A stretch of 64,000 nt of DNA from a virus, in IMG/VR virus record IMGVR_UViG_3300007512_001412, positions 13,326 to 77,325 of that record. One strand, given 5' to 3'. The notes under the pieces are model-generated. The model did no database searches. It worked only from the letters and a program-made list of their open reading frames with translations, and had not been told where the DNA came from. The position numbers and the translations under genes were made by a program. Below, piece after piece: positions 18,815-28,617 of this stretch (position 1 is its first letter; every line of letters starts with the position of its first letter).

Positions 18815-19813
18815 TTACTGTTCAGCGTCGTACATCTTGGCGCTTTCCTCATCGTTAACTCTAATGATGAGGATGTCCCTCCAGCCCATCCAATCCCCCA
18901 GTTCGCTGTCCAAGACGAACTGGGCGACGTCCGGAAGCCGCTCTTGCGGGATGCCGTGCTCCTCTATCAGCTTCTCTGTGAGGGTAGCGCCTGTGTAGCT
19001 CAGCCCATAGCTGAGCCCTTTGTGGGTGTTGAATACCAGCATGAAGCTATCGGGCTGCATCAGTCCACCTTCCATCCCTGCTCCTCGCCTGCGACCGTCG
19101 TCGTAGCCGTCGCAGTCGCAGTCGCAGTCCTCGTGGCAGGGGCAGAGGCACGCGCCCGGGTCGGGGTTCCAGCGCCGCTGCGGGGCAGCGCGGCGCTTCG
19201 CCGCGCGCATCCTCTCCAGCTTCTCCATGTCGAACAGCACGTCCACGAGCACGAGGTTGCCGTCCTCGTCGGACCCGACGTTCCGGGGGCTGATCTCAAA
19301 CGTGTAGGACGCCCCGTAGTTGCTAGCACCGTCCCGCAGCGCCTCCATCGCCTCCAGCAGGGGCCCGGACATGCCGGCCTGCTCCGCGCACTCGACCGTC
19401 TCGGCCAGGACGTTGTGGCCCATGTGGATCGTGTTCCAACCCTTCGCCCGCGCCCGGTTGTACACGGCGGTCTGCGCCTCCTGCCAGCAGCGCCGGAGGA
19501 TCTGGTACGCCTGCCAGTCGTGCGTGTCGGCCTTGCGGAGCGGCATCCTGTACAGGGGCATGGCGAAGACCTTGCCCGTGCGCGTGTAGCCCAGGTGCTC
19601 GACGGCGGGGAGGTGGGGGTTCTCCGGGTCGTCCCGGTGGATATCCGCCAGGATCTCCTTGTCGTAGATATCCTCGGGCACCGTCACGTAGACGTTGTCG
19701 TCGTCGTCTGCGTAGGCGGTCGCGAACGCGCCCTTGCCGATGCGGCGCACCGCGATCGGGCCCGACTCCGGGCTGGAGAGGATGCCGCGCGAGATCGTGT
19801 AGTCGTCCTGCAT
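18815..19813 (-). CDS. Protein kinase-like protein with Cys/Asp linker and low-GC C-terminal extension
   Basis: IGKGAFATAY Gly loop, NPHLP, FEISPRNV catalytic-loop-like segment, LVLVDV. Confidence 0.65.
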   Translation of the reverse strand: MQDDYTISRGILSSPESGPIAVRRIGKGAFATAYADDDDNVYVTVPEDIYDKEILADIHRDDPENPHLPAVEHLGYTRTGKVFAMPLYRMPLRKADTHDWQAYQILRRCWQEAQTAVYNRARAKGWNTIHMGHNVLAETVECAEQAGMSGPLLEAMEALRDGASNYGASYTFEISPRNVGSDEDGNLVLVDVLFDMEKLERMRAAKRRAAPQRRWNPDPGACLCPCHEDCDCDCDGYDDGRRRGAGMEGGLMQPDSFMLVFNTHKGLSYGLSYTGATLTEKLIEEHGIPQERLPDVAQFVLDSELGDWMGWRDILIIRVNDEESAKMYDAEQ

Positions 19814-19880
19814 GGGAGGCAGCCTACCAGGGCTTCTTCTCCAGGGACGGGTGGACCTACCCCATCGCGCACCACTACGG

Positions 19881-20675
19881 CTACCGCACCGACCAAGCGT
19901 GGCGTCCTTCCAGGGCGCGAAGCGCCTGCCCCGTCTGCGACCCCAGGCGGTCCACCAGGGGACTGAAGGGCGCGGCTTCGATCCGGTCCGCGACCTTCAT
20001 CAGCGCGTCCCACTTCGTCATGTTCACGGCGCTCTTGACGTCCACCATGATCCCGTGGTCCCGGGCTTGGAGCCGGGTCCACTTCAACGGGGACCACCGA
20101 TCCACCACCGCGAGGCGCGGGCACAACGACGCGATGCGATACTCCGCCATCGTGTCCAAACCGGAAGGAAGCGCGGGCCAGAGCCGCCACTTGCACGCCT
20201 CCAACACCTCGCGCCCGTACCACCGACCCGCCCCGATCAGCCGTGTCGTCGCCTTGCCGTACCCGGACCACCAGACGCACTTGCCCGTCTTGAGGTCCGC
20301 GAACCAAATGTCGCGGAACCCGACCAGCGGGGACGACGCCCGGGCGGCGTAGACCCGGAACAGGTCGGGGCTCAAGAAGTCGTCCGACCCGATGACGATG
20401 ACGCCCGCAGGGTCCAGCGTGCGCGCTACGTCCAGGGTCGCGTTGTACTTCGTCCCCAGGGGTTGGTTCGCGTGTTCGACGTAGTGCCAGCCCGCTGCTT
20501 CGACGTCGGCCCGGGGGTCGCCGTTCGGGTCGTCCTCCGATCCCGCCGCGACGAGACTGAGGTCGAGGGGGCACTCAGGATCAGCGGCGATGCGCGCGTG
20601 GTGCTCCAGGCACGCACGGGACAGCCCGCGCCGGCCCCACAGGGTGGTGACCAGGGTCGCCTTCGGGCGGGTCAT
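19881..20675 (-). CDS. GT-A (family 2-like) glycosyltransferase
   Basis: LVTTLWGR, NQPLGTKYN, IGSDDF, IGAGR. Confidence 0.75.
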   Translation of the reverse strand: MTRPKATLVTTLWGRRGLSRACLEHHARIAADPECPLDLSLVAAGSEDDPNGDPRADVEAAGWHYVEHANQPLGTKYNATLDVARTLDPAGVIVIGSDDFLSPDLFRVYAARASSPLVGFRDIWFADLKTGKCVWWSGYGKATTRLIGAGRWYGREVLEACKWRLWPALPSGLDTMAEYRIASLCPRLAVVDRWSPLKWTRLQARDHGIMVDVKSAVNMTKWDALMKVADRIEAAPFSPLVDRLGSQTGQALRALEGRHAWSVR

Positions 20676-22801
20676 CGTCGCTCCGTCTTCACGTAGTGGT
20701 ACAGCGCCTCCAGGCGACGGGCGACGACGTCGGGGTGGTGGGTTGCGTAGGCCCACCGACGACTTCGGAGCGAGGCGTTCCCCCACACCCGATCCCCGTT
20801 GCGTAGGCGGCGGAGAGCGTCCACCAGGGTGTCCGGGGTCACGTCGATCACCGGCATGTCCGGGTAGACCGACCGCGCCCACGCCGACGTCCCGGTCAGG
20901 ACCGGCTGGCCCATCGCCATCGACTCCACCGCGCTCATGCCGTAGATCCCGACGCTGAATTGGTCGAAGTAGGCGTGGCACGTCGCCTTCTGCGCGAGGC
21001 ATTCGGCGTTGTCCACACCCTCGATGACGACGCCTTCGATATCCATCCCCTCGCCCCGGAGGGCGTCCACGGCGTCGAGGAAGGTCTGCGTGCCCTTGAA
21101 CGCCCGGTTGGTCGTCGCGTGGGCGACCCGGAAGGGCGCGGAGCCCCGATCCACGCCCCCCCAGGACGCGCACCGCTCTCCACCTTGGGAGGTGGCGTCG
21201 TTCCCCAAGGACGCCAGGACCAGGGGGACGTGGTACGGCATGTCGCTGCACAGCATGGTCGGGTCCCACGCCGACAGGCCCAAGATCCCGGTGTGCTCAT
21301 GCCACCGGATCAAGGAGGTGCGCCGCTCCCGCAAGACCGACCCCATGTACTGCACCAGGGAGTTGCCGGCGTGCGCGTAGTCGGGCCACTGGACCCCCGG
21401 GAGGTCTTCGGGGGGCAGCAGGAAGTGAATGACGTCGGCCTGCTCTGCGAGCCGTTGGACCGCCAGGATCGTGTTCCCCACGTTGTCCTCGACCACCACC
21501 GTCCCGTTCGGGACCGGGTAGCCGTGGGGGTGGCGACGGTAGAGCACGAACGAGACTTCCAGCCCGGTGTGCTCCCGAAGGGCGGCGACGAGGCCGCTGG
21601 CCTGCCCCGCGACGTCCCGCGAGGCGACGACGAGCACGGTCTTGGGCGGTGCCGTGTGGCGGGGAGCGCCCCGGGACGGCCAACCCCCCTCCCAGGCGCG
21701 TGACCCCATGCCCCGGATGCGCGCGGCCTGCACGCGCAGCGCCGTCAGATCCAGCCCGGAGTCGAGGACGCCGCTGTCCGTCAGCGCCGTCAGGATCCCG
21801 GGCACCCGATCGAGCACAGCCGACACCCCGGGCGAGCCCAAGGCCAACGCCGATGCCCGCCCGTACAGCCCCAGGGCCGCGATCTGGAGGGCGACCACCC
21901 AGGCGTCCGGGCTCAGTGCGTAGCTCTCGCCCTGGGAGAGCCCTTGCGCGAGGACGCGCAGGGCCGCGACGTCTTCTCCCTGGAGGAGCAACGCGCGCGC
22001 GAGGATGATCCAGGGGTTGACGTTGGTCAGCACCCCTTCGGGGTCGCCCGCCTTGCGCGCTTCGCGGTGAGCATGGATCCCCGCGTGCGCGACGGCCAGG
22101 GCCTCGTCCCATCGGCCCAACGTCGCCAGGGCGCGGGCCTCGACGTACGTCCGGTGAGGGTGCCCTTCGGGGAGCTTGGCGCGGGCGAGGCGGATCGTGC
22201 GCTCCGCGTTGCGCGTGTGCCCGTCTTCGGCGTAGCCCGTGTGCCGGATGGAGGTGTCCGTGAAGGAGCCGACCCGGTGCTCCGGGGTGAAGTCGGGGGT
22301 CAGGTGGACCGGGTACTTGTACCGGATGCCCGCAGATCGCCGGAACACCCGGGGCTGCACGGTGCTCTCCCTCCCCTCGCTCGACGTGGACACCACCGGC
22401 AGCATGATGGCGTCCACCGGGGGCCTGTCCTCCGACAGCAACCCGTAGAGGGCTTCGCCGTCTACGACGCGGTCGTCGCCGTCGAGGATCACGATCCAGG
22501 GGTCCAGGGGGACGTCGGTGGGGTTGAACACGCCAGCGGGCGCGCACAGATGGTCGATCAAGTCGAGGCCGACGTTCCGACTGCGGGCGAAGTCGTCGTC
22601 CCACGGGTCCACGGTCATGTGGATCGGGACGCGGTGCTCGCCGCCCAGGTTGTGCGCGACCTCGACCGTGTCGTCCGTCGATCCGGTGTCCACGATCACC
22701 CAGGCGTCCACAAGGCCGGCGCAGGAAGCGAACAGGTCGGGGAGGTTCTTCGCCTCGTCCTTGACGATCATGGAGGCGACGACGAGCGGCAGCTTCGGCA
22801 T
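20672..22801 (-). CDS. Bifunctional glycosyltransferase: GT2 + TPR-like helices + GT-B domain
   Basis: MIVKDE, VDTGSTDDT, DDFARSRN, LDGDD, HTGY; TPR-like helices; HATTNRAFKGT, DQF..G.YGMSAVESMAMGQPV. Confidence 0.85.
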   Translation of the reverse strand: MPKLPLVVASMIVKDEAKNLPDLFASCAGLVDAWVIVDTGSTDDTVEVAHNLGGEHRVPIHMTVDPWDDDFARSRNVGLDLIDHLCAPAGVFNPTDVPLDPWIVILDGDDRVVDGEALYGLLSEDRPPVDAIMLPVVSTSSEGRESTVQPRVFRRSAGIRYKYPVHLTPDFTPEHRVGSFTDTSIRHTGYAEDGHTRNAERTIRLARAKLPEGHPHRTYVEARALATLGRWDEALAVAHAGIHAHREARKAGDPEGVLTNVNPWIILARALLLQGEDVAALRVLAQGLSQGESYALSPDAWVVALQIAALGLYGRASALALGSPGVSAVLDRVPGILTALTDSGVLDSGLDLTALRVQAARIRGMGSRAWEGGWPSRGAPRHTAPPKTVLVVASRDVAGQASGLVAALREHTGLEVSFVLYRRHPHGYPVPNGTVVVEDNVGNTILAVQRLAEQADVIHFLLPPEDLPGVQWPDYAHAGNSLVQYMGSVLRERRTSLIRWHEHTGILGLSAWDPTMLCSDMPYHVPLVLASLGNDATSQGGERCASWGGVDRGSAPFRVAHATTNRAFKGTQTFLDAVDALRGEGMDIEGVVIEGVDNAECLAQKATCHAYFDQFSVGIYGMSAVESMAMGQPVLTGTSAWARSVYPDMPVIDVTPDTLVDALRRLRNGDRVWGNASLRSRRWAYATHHPDVVARRLEALYHYVKTERR

Positions 22802-22807
22802 GGGCGC

Positions 22808-22837
22808 AGCCTGCCGTAGCTACTTGCGTCCTGTCAA
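22808..22837 (-). promoter_or_regulatory. TTGACA-N4-GCAAG promoter containing RTAGCTAY, likely leaderless
   Basis: Minus strand TTGACA ggac GCAAG tagctacgg CAGGCT gcgccc ATG. Confidence 0.65.
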
Positions 22838-22891
22838 CCGACAAGGGGATCGGCGTGGACCGCTCTCGCGCGTGCGCGTAGGATCCTGACC

Positions 22892-23914
22892 ATGACGGTC
22901 ACACAGATCCAGCCCACGCCCCCCAACGGCACGCCGTTCGTACCTGGGGACGTGTGGCCCCGCCCGTCCAACGTCATCATCGTGGACAGCGTCAACGGGG
23001 ACGACGCGGATCCCGATCCCGCTGGCTACAAGACCATCGCGGCGGGACTCGCCGTCGCCGCCGCAGGGGACGCGGTGTTCTGCTACGGCACCTTCACCGA
23101 AGGGTCACTCACGATCCCGGCCCAGGTGTACGTCAACATGACAGCGGCGGTGTTCACCACCAGCGCCTCCCCCGGGATGACGTTGAACAACGGCGCGTGG
23201 CTCGACTTCAACAGCTTCAACGTCGCCGCCAACCACGTCGGCATCCAATCGGGAGCCCTGGCCCGCGTACAGGTCCGGGGCAACGCGCTGGTCGCCACGG
23301 GCGCGGACGCCATCGGCCTCGACGTCCCCTCGGGGACGACCATGCAGGCGCAGATCACACAGGTCAACGACGGGGCCGGCAACATCGAAGCCGCTCAGGT
23401 CGCGGGCAGTCTGTTCCTGACCACGCAGGATCTTCGGGCGACGATCGGCTTCGATATCAACGGGGGCACGGCGTACGTCAACGCCAACGTGATCGCCTGC
23501 ACCACGGCGGTCGAGATCGACGCCACGGGGCAAATCTACTGCACCGCGTCCGACATTTCGGGGGTCCAGACCATCGCGGCGGGCGGCGGGGGAGTCTTCC
23601 AGATCGCGGGCCGGCGCGTCAGCCGCACGGTCAGCATCACGGACGCGGACAGCCCGTTCAGCGCGAACGACGACGACGGGATCGATCAGGTCTACTGCGA
23701 CACCAGCGGCGGTCCCATCACGGTGAACCTCCCCGCAGCGGGTGGCGACAACGTCAACCGCGAGATCAACGTCAAGAACACCGACACCGGGGTCAACGAC
23801 GTCACCGTACAGGTCACGGGCGGCGGCAACATCGACAGCGCCGCGACGTTCACCCTGTCAGCAGAGGACGCGATCTCCTGCCGCAGCAGCGGTGGTCAGT
23901 GGTGGATCGTCTAG
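22892..23914 (+). CDS. Beta-helix spike/receptor-binding-like protein
   Basis: IIVD..NGDD....YKTIAAG beta-helix cap and G/T/N/V-rich repeats. C-terminal DTSGGPITVNLPAA...INVK...W module typical of phage fibre/spike proteins. Confidence 0.6.
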   Translation: MTVTQIQPTPPNGTPFVPGDVWPRPSNVIIVDSVNGDDADPDPAGYKTIAAGLAVAAAGDAVFCYGTFTEGSLTIPAQVYVNMTAAVFTTSASPGMTLNNGAWLDFNSFNVAANHVGIQSGALARVQVRGNALVATGADAIGLDVPSGTTMQAQITQVNDGAGNIEAAQVAGSLFLTTQDLRATIGFDINGGTAYVNANVIACTTAVEIDATGQIYCTASDISGVQTIAAGGGGVFQIAGRRVSRTVSITDADSPFSANDDDGIDQVYCDTSGGPITVNLPAAGGDNVNREINVKNTDTGVNDVTVQVTGGGNIDSAATFTLSAEDAISCRSSGGQWWIV

Positions 23915-24037
23915 GTGACGTACCTCCCCTCGCAATCCTTCAACATGGCCCCGTTCCACATCGGGACGTTCAACGCGGGCAAGTGCAAGGTCACCTGGGA
24001 GGGCTACCGTATCTACCGCGCGAAGGCTCCAGCATGA
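23915..24037 (+). pseudogene. 40-aa internally deleted paralogue of the downstream gene
   Basis: Starts (M)TYLPS like the next gene. Its end IGTFNAG..VTW resembles the neighbour's VSTLNIG..IQW. Confidence 0.5.
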
Positions 24038-24816
24038 CCTACCTCCCTTCGGCAAGCGGCAACTCCCCCATCGGCCCGCGCTGGACCGTGGACGGCGCGA
24101 CGGTGTGGCAGAACCACGCGCTCGCGGACGTGGCGGATCTGATTGCTTCCCCAGGCGTCGGCGTGTGGGGCTCGTCGGCCCAGGTGAACGGCGCGGTCAT
24201 CAGCGGCTCCGCGCTGTCGATCACCAACAACGGCGGGGTCGCGCTCAACTACAAGAGCACCGACGTCAACACCGCTTACTGGTACTACTGGACGGCCCCG
24301 CGACCCCAACTCGGCTCCCTGGTCGTGCCGACCGGGCGCGTGCTCGCCGCAGGCCACATCCAGACCGACACCGCGCTCGGCGCGACGGACCCCGCCAACT
24401 TCCAGACGGGCAGCATCATCGTCCAACGGGACGCTGCTGCCGCCGCAGGGAATTGGGTCCGACTCAACATCGGCAACTACGGAGCCCCGGACAGCGCCCT
24501 GGTCGCGCGCGTGGACTACGAAAGCGCGGCCCCCGCCGCGTGGTCATCCGGGCTCACCTCGTCGTCGCAGGGCGCATGGTGGCGCGTCGTCGCCTACCAG
24601 GGGAACACCGGGATCGACTTTGAGTTTGCGGACGCGGCGCACACCGCCGACCCCTCGACGCTGGCGTGGGCGGCAGTCAACACCACGCCGTACAACATCG
24701 GGTTGAGCACCGACACCGACGTGCGGATCATGGTCAGCACGCTGAACATCGGGGTGACGACCGCGATCCAGTGGAACCACCGGCACCTCCAGATGGGCTA
24801 CCCCGAAGCGGCCTAG
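24034..24816 (+). CDS. Beta-sandwich (lectin-like) putative virion protein
   Basis: W/T/S/A-rich beta composition. ATGA overlap. Confidence 0.55.
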   Translation: MTYLPSASGNSPIGPRWTVDGATVWQNHALADVADLIASPGVGVWGSSAQVNGAVISGSALSITNNGGVALNYKSTDVNTAYWYYWTAPRPQLGSLVVPTGRVLAAGHIQTDTALGATDPANFQTGSIIVQRDAAAAAGNWVRLNIGNYGAPDSALVARVDYESAAPAAWSSGLTSSSQGAWWRVVAYQGNTGIDFEFADAAHTADPSTLAWAAVNTTPYNIGLSTDTDVRIMVSTLNIGVTTAIQWNHRHLQMGYPEAA

Positions 24817-24934
24817 CGGTCTGCGCCTCCTACCCGAACGACACGGCGGCTTCACCCCGCGAGCGCAGGATCGCGGCCCGTTGGACAGGATCACAGGTGG
24901 ATCCGGCTGTCGATCCCTACTCTTGATCGGCTCT

Positions 24935-25927
24935 CTAGAACAGCGTGGTTTGGCGACTGGACGGCACTCTTGATTGCAGTTCATGCGGCGTAACAGTCTT
25001 GCGCCGAATGACGATGCGAAAATAGGGTGACCTGCCGTTAATACGCAGGTCTTTTCCATCGTCACCCTTGCGGAACCTGACGATGTCGAATTGCTCTGGA
25101 TTGTGCTTGTGCAGGAAAGTGATCGGGACGCCCATCAGGCCAAACCAATCCGACGGAATATCCTTGGTCTTATCCACATTGATCCCGTCGAGATTGTCGT
25201 AATGCGGGTACTCACTCTCGTTTCCCTCATAGGTCCTGGTCAGTGGAACATTGATGTGTCTCTTCTCGATGTCAAGGGTGGTCAGCCACAGGCTATTGTT
25301 TGTAGCAACTATGCGTTCTCCTTTATCGTTGATCCGCGCCTCAGTGCCATACAATTCATAGTGATCTGGAACAATGAACCCGGAAATCGCCCGACCCAAC
25401 CCTACTCCAAGCCAGATCTTGCCGTCCTGGAGTAGCTTGAAAACGTCCTTGTAGGTGATAGCGTTAACCGTCGCGATGATGAGGATATCTTTACGATATC
25501 TAGTCATAACTGACACGAACTTTCGCAACAGCGAATAGGGAGGATTTGTGACAACTATATCTGCCTCGTTGAGCAGTTCGATGCATTCCGCGCTCCGGAA
25601 ATCTCCATCGCCCCTTAGGGAAGTCAGATCGCCCGCTTCGAAAGTACGACGCTCTTCTTCTAGTCCGGTGTACGAAAGGTAGCTCCCGCGTCCGCCGGCC
25701 CGCATCGCGTATCCAGTGGCAATGAGCCTCTTCAGCCCCAATGACTCAAAGTGGTCATAGAAGTAGCGGACGAAGTTGCTTTCCAACGCTTGATCTGTGT
25801 TGCAGTACACCGTCTTACCACGGAAATGATTGCCGTAGTGCTGCAATTCGCGATCAATATCAACTCGTTGCGTATAGAACTCATCGTTCTTGTTCCTTTT
25901 CGCTTTGGTTAGCAGAGTGCGATCCAT
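24935..25927 (-). CDS. Adenine-specific DNA methyltransferase, EcoRI-methylase family (orphan)
   Basis: AKRNKNDEFYT, GDGDFRSAEC, DIVVTNPPYS, MGVPITFL. Lower GC. Confidence 0.9.
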   Translation of the reverse strand: MDRTLLTKAKRNKNDEFYTQRVDIDRELQHYGNHFRGKTVYCNTDQALESNFVRYFYDHFESLGLKRLIATGYAMRAGGRGSYLSYTGLEEERRTFEAGDLTSLRGDGDFRSAECIELLNEADIVVTNPPYSLLRKFVSVMTRYRKDILIIATVNAITYKDVFKLLQDGKIWLGVGLGRAISGFIVPDHYELYGTEARINDKGERIVATNNSLWLTTLDIEKRHINVPLTRTYEGNESEYPHYDNLDGINVDKTKDIPSDWFGLMGVPITFLHKHNPEQFDIVRFRKGDDGKDLRINGRSPYFRIVIRRKTVTPHELQSRVPSSRQTTLF

Positions 25928-26064
25928 AGTTCTTACCACTTTCAACCTGCTCTCCGTAGCGCACGACAAGGTGGATCGGGCGGCGTGGCGGCTTCACGGG
26001 ATTGGTCAAGACGCCCGTCCTAGACCATTGGTCCTATCGACACAGACCACTGGGCGGAGGCCGA

Positions 26065-27126
26065 TCAAGGACGTATACCCAAGATGAGGACCTCACCAGC
26101 AATCCGACCACTGAGGGCGTATTGGTAGCCTTCAACCTCGTTGAGTTGGACACGCCGCCCTCGGATCTCCATGAGGGAAACCAACTCGGAAATTGGCGGC
26201 GAGCCGTCCGCTCGGTAGGAAAGTGCCACGGTCCGCGCCTCATCAAAGTGATCGAGGGTCTTCTCAAAGCACTCAACCAACCTCTTCGGCTTGTTCCAGA
26301 GGTTCGGGCGTTTGGCTAGAGGCTTGTGCTTTCTGCCCGAATCGAGCAAGCCATCCCAGGACTCATAGAGCAGAAGCCCATCGAGGAAGTGATAGAATTC
26401 GTGGTAGTCAACCGATGTGCCGCGCGCGTTTGTGTACGGCGCGTCGAGATAGACCAAGTCGAAGTCAGTCGGCAACTGCCAGACGTCCTCACATAGGCTC
26501 TGGCATGGGACCTCACCTTGGAAGATTGCACGGTTGAACTCGTCAGAGAAGACTCTCAGATAGTGGCCGAACGACCTATCCCAGGTCACCTTGTTGCCGA
26601 AGGACCTCTTCACCTGATTGGTCCGCATGTAGAGGTTCGCACGGTGAAAGAGGTTGTATGGCCGCTTGATGATGCACGCTTGAAACAGAACTGACCAAAC
26701 CACCGCTCGCACGCTGGGGTCCTCAATTTGGGCTATCTCAACGACTGCTCCGTCGAGCCAGCGGTTCTCTTTGCTCGTGTAGTAGATATCACCGAACGTC
26801 GATTCGATGAATCCGCCGCCCTTTGCGTTGGCACCTGCATCAATGACCCTCTCGATCACGTCGCTTGCAACCGTCGTCGAGTCGTTCTCGATCAGTGCAA
26901 GCCCTATCTGTTGGTTGCACCGAAGATAGTCGTTGTAGGTGACCCCCTTGCCCGCCTCCTTGAGCGCGTAGGCGACCACGCCCGTGCCCCCAAATGCGTC
27001 GAGTGCCGTATCGAACTCAAGGCTCGACAGAGTCTCGCAGATCCACCGAACAAGTTTCTGCTTGCTCCCCTGGTAGCGGGTTTGGGGAAAATTGCGCGCG
27101 GGCAATGGCGACGCTCGGTCAGCCAC
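26065..27126 (-). CDS. Dam/FokI-like adenine DNA methyltransferase (orphan)
   Basis: RYQGSKQKL, DAFGGTGVV, KRPYNLFHRANL, DLVYLDAPY, YHFLDGL. Confidence 0.88.
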   Translation of the reverse strand: MADRASPLPARNFPQTRYQGSKQKLVRWICETLSSLEFDTALDAFGGTGVVAYALKEAGKGVTYNDYLRCNQQIGLALIENDSTTVASDVIERVIDAGANAKGGGFIESTFGDIYYTSKENRWLDGAVVEIAQIEDPSVRAVVWSVLFQACIIKRPYNLFHRANLYMRTNQVKRSFGNKVTWDRSFGHYLRVFSDEFNRAIFQGEVPCQSLCEDVWQLPTDFDLVYLDAPYTNARGTSVDYHEFYHFLDGLLLYESWDGLLDSGRKHKPLAKRPNLWNKPKRLVECFEKTLDHFDEARTVALSYRADGSPPISELVSLMEIRGRRVQLNEVEGYQYALSGRIAGEVLILGIRP

Positions 27127-27352
27127 GTCGGATACCCCACTCGCCCAGGTCGTAGTTGACGGTGAAGCGCACGCCCCGGAAGACGTACCCCTGTTCACCG
27201 AAGTCCTGCCGTGCGGCTTCGATCGGCCCGAGAGCCTCCTCGACGGCGGCGAATAGGGCCGAGCCCACTTCCGCAGAACCGGCTTTGCCCAGCGCAATGG
27301 CGGCGGCGTTCGCCCGGTCTTCGATCTTCCTCGCCGGGGTGCGGACGCGCAT
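27119..27352 (-). CDS. Hypothetical protein
   Basis: Coupled to 27352..27849. Confidence 0.45.
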   Translation of the reverse strand: MRVRTPARKIEDRANAAAIALGKAGSAEVGSALFAAVEEALGPIEAARQDFGEQGYVFRGVRFTVNYDLGEWGIRRG

Positions 27353-27849
27353 CAGTCACCGTCGTCGTCGGTCAGGTCGTCCAGCGCGTCGTCCACGGCG
27401 TCGGTGACGTCCCCGATGGTGCGCCCGATGTGCCCCAACTCCGACACGCCGAAGATCATGGCGATGGCGTTGAGGAAGCCCGCCGCCGCCCGGGCGATCT
27501 TCACGGCGATCTTCCACGTCTTCGGCTGCGTGCTCTCCAACCAGTCCTGCACGGCCTGGGGCAGCTTCGGCTCCATCGTGCCGGCCCCGCTGAACGTGAC
27601 GTAGGAGCCCTTGCCGCCGCCCACGTAGACGCGCTCGACCTCCTGCCAGCCGTAGGGGCGCATCATTTCCGCGACCTTGTTCCAGTGGACCGCGTGCCAC
27701 ACGCTCGCCGCCGACAGCGTGGTCGGGGGGCCGAAGGCGACCGTCACGAACACCCGATCCGGCAGCGCCGGCTTGGGCACCCCGTCACCGGGGACGTAGG
27801 GGTTGGCGACGAGGTCAGCGATGGCAGTCGGGTTGATCAGGTCGGGCAT
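27352..27849 (-). CDS. Hypothetical protein with amphipathic/hydrophobic C-terminus
   Basis: High GC3, translational coupling. Confidence 0.6.
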   Translation of the reverse strand: MPDLINPTAIADLVANPYVPGDGVPKPALPDRVFVTVAFGPPTTLSAASVWHAVHWNKVAEMMRPYGWQEVERVYVGGGKGSYVTFSGAGTMEPKLPQAVQDWLESTQPKTWKIAVKIARAAAGFLNAIAMIFGVSELGHIGRTIGDVTDAVDDALDDLTDDDGD

Positions 27850-28520
27850 CAGGTGCGCTCTCCGTAGGCCGACTGTGCGACTTCGTACTCCGCCTCCATG
27901 CCGGGATCGTAGTCGTAGTCGTCGTCGGGCTCGTCATCGTGATCCGGCGCGCGGCTGTCGCCCTCGTCCAACCCGCCCGGAGTCAGGATCAGGTCGGGGT
28001 GCGTGATCACCACGGCTCCCGACTTGGTGACCCACACCTCCGCGCCGGTCGGGAAGCGGTGGTAGTAGACGCGCCCCGCGTCGGGGAGGTCGTACCCCAG
28101 GACCGGGAACACCTCGCCGTCCTCCAGCGTGTCCATCGCCAGGAACGCCCCGGGGCCAAGCCGCAGCGCGGGTTCCTCTTGGAGCACGCGGACCTCGCAC
28201 GCGGTGCCGTCCGTCCACGTGGAGCAGGCTTCGTACAGGTCCAACAACTCCCGGTCGTCGGCCTCCTGCGCTTCCTCCGCTTCGTCCTCCGATCCCGCCC
28301 CGGGGGTCGCGCAGCACGCGGCCTTGCCCGGTTGCACGGGGCCGAACATCGCGGCCCTCATGGCATTGACGAGGGCGACCGACAACTCGTCGGCGTCGTC
28401 ATCGTCTTCAAACAGGTGCGCGTGGTTGTCCAGCACGCCTTGGATCAGTTGGGGAATCGACACCCCCGCATCATCGGCCTCACGCGCGCGTGTGTCTAGC
28501 CCGTTCGCGTCGTTCGACAC
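27849..28520 (-). CDS. Acidic hypothetical protein with YxHxF...TxGG module
   Basis: High GC3. YYHRF...VVITHPDLILTPGGL. Confidence 0.6.
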   Translation of the reverse strand: MSNDANGLDTRAREADDAGVSIPQLIQGVLDNHAHLFEDDDDADELSVALVNAMRAAMFGPVQPGKAACCATPGAGSEDEAEEAQEADDRELLDLYEACSTWTDGTACEVRVLQEEPALRLGPGAFLAMDTLEDGEVFPVLGYDLPDAGRVYYHRFPTGAEVWVTKSGAVVITHPDLILTPGGLDEGDSRAPDHDDEPDDDYDYDPGMEAEYEVAQSAYGERT

Positions 28521-28577
28521 CGGCTCCCAAACGCCCCAGGAAGCCCCCAGGACGTCCCAGGAGGCCAGAACGACGAA

Positions 28578-28601
28578 CCCCCCGGCGCGGACGCCGGGGG
28601 G
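28578..28601 (-). terminator. GC-rich hairpin after the vWA gene
   Basis: CCCCCCGGCG-cgga-CGCCGGGGGG followed on the minus strand by TTCGTCGTTCT. Confidence 0.55.
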
Positions 28602-28617
28602 CCGTTTCCTGGGGGAG

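Noticed and set aside
24935-27126. Complete restriction-modification system
   Set aside because: No endonuclease gene recognisable nearby.
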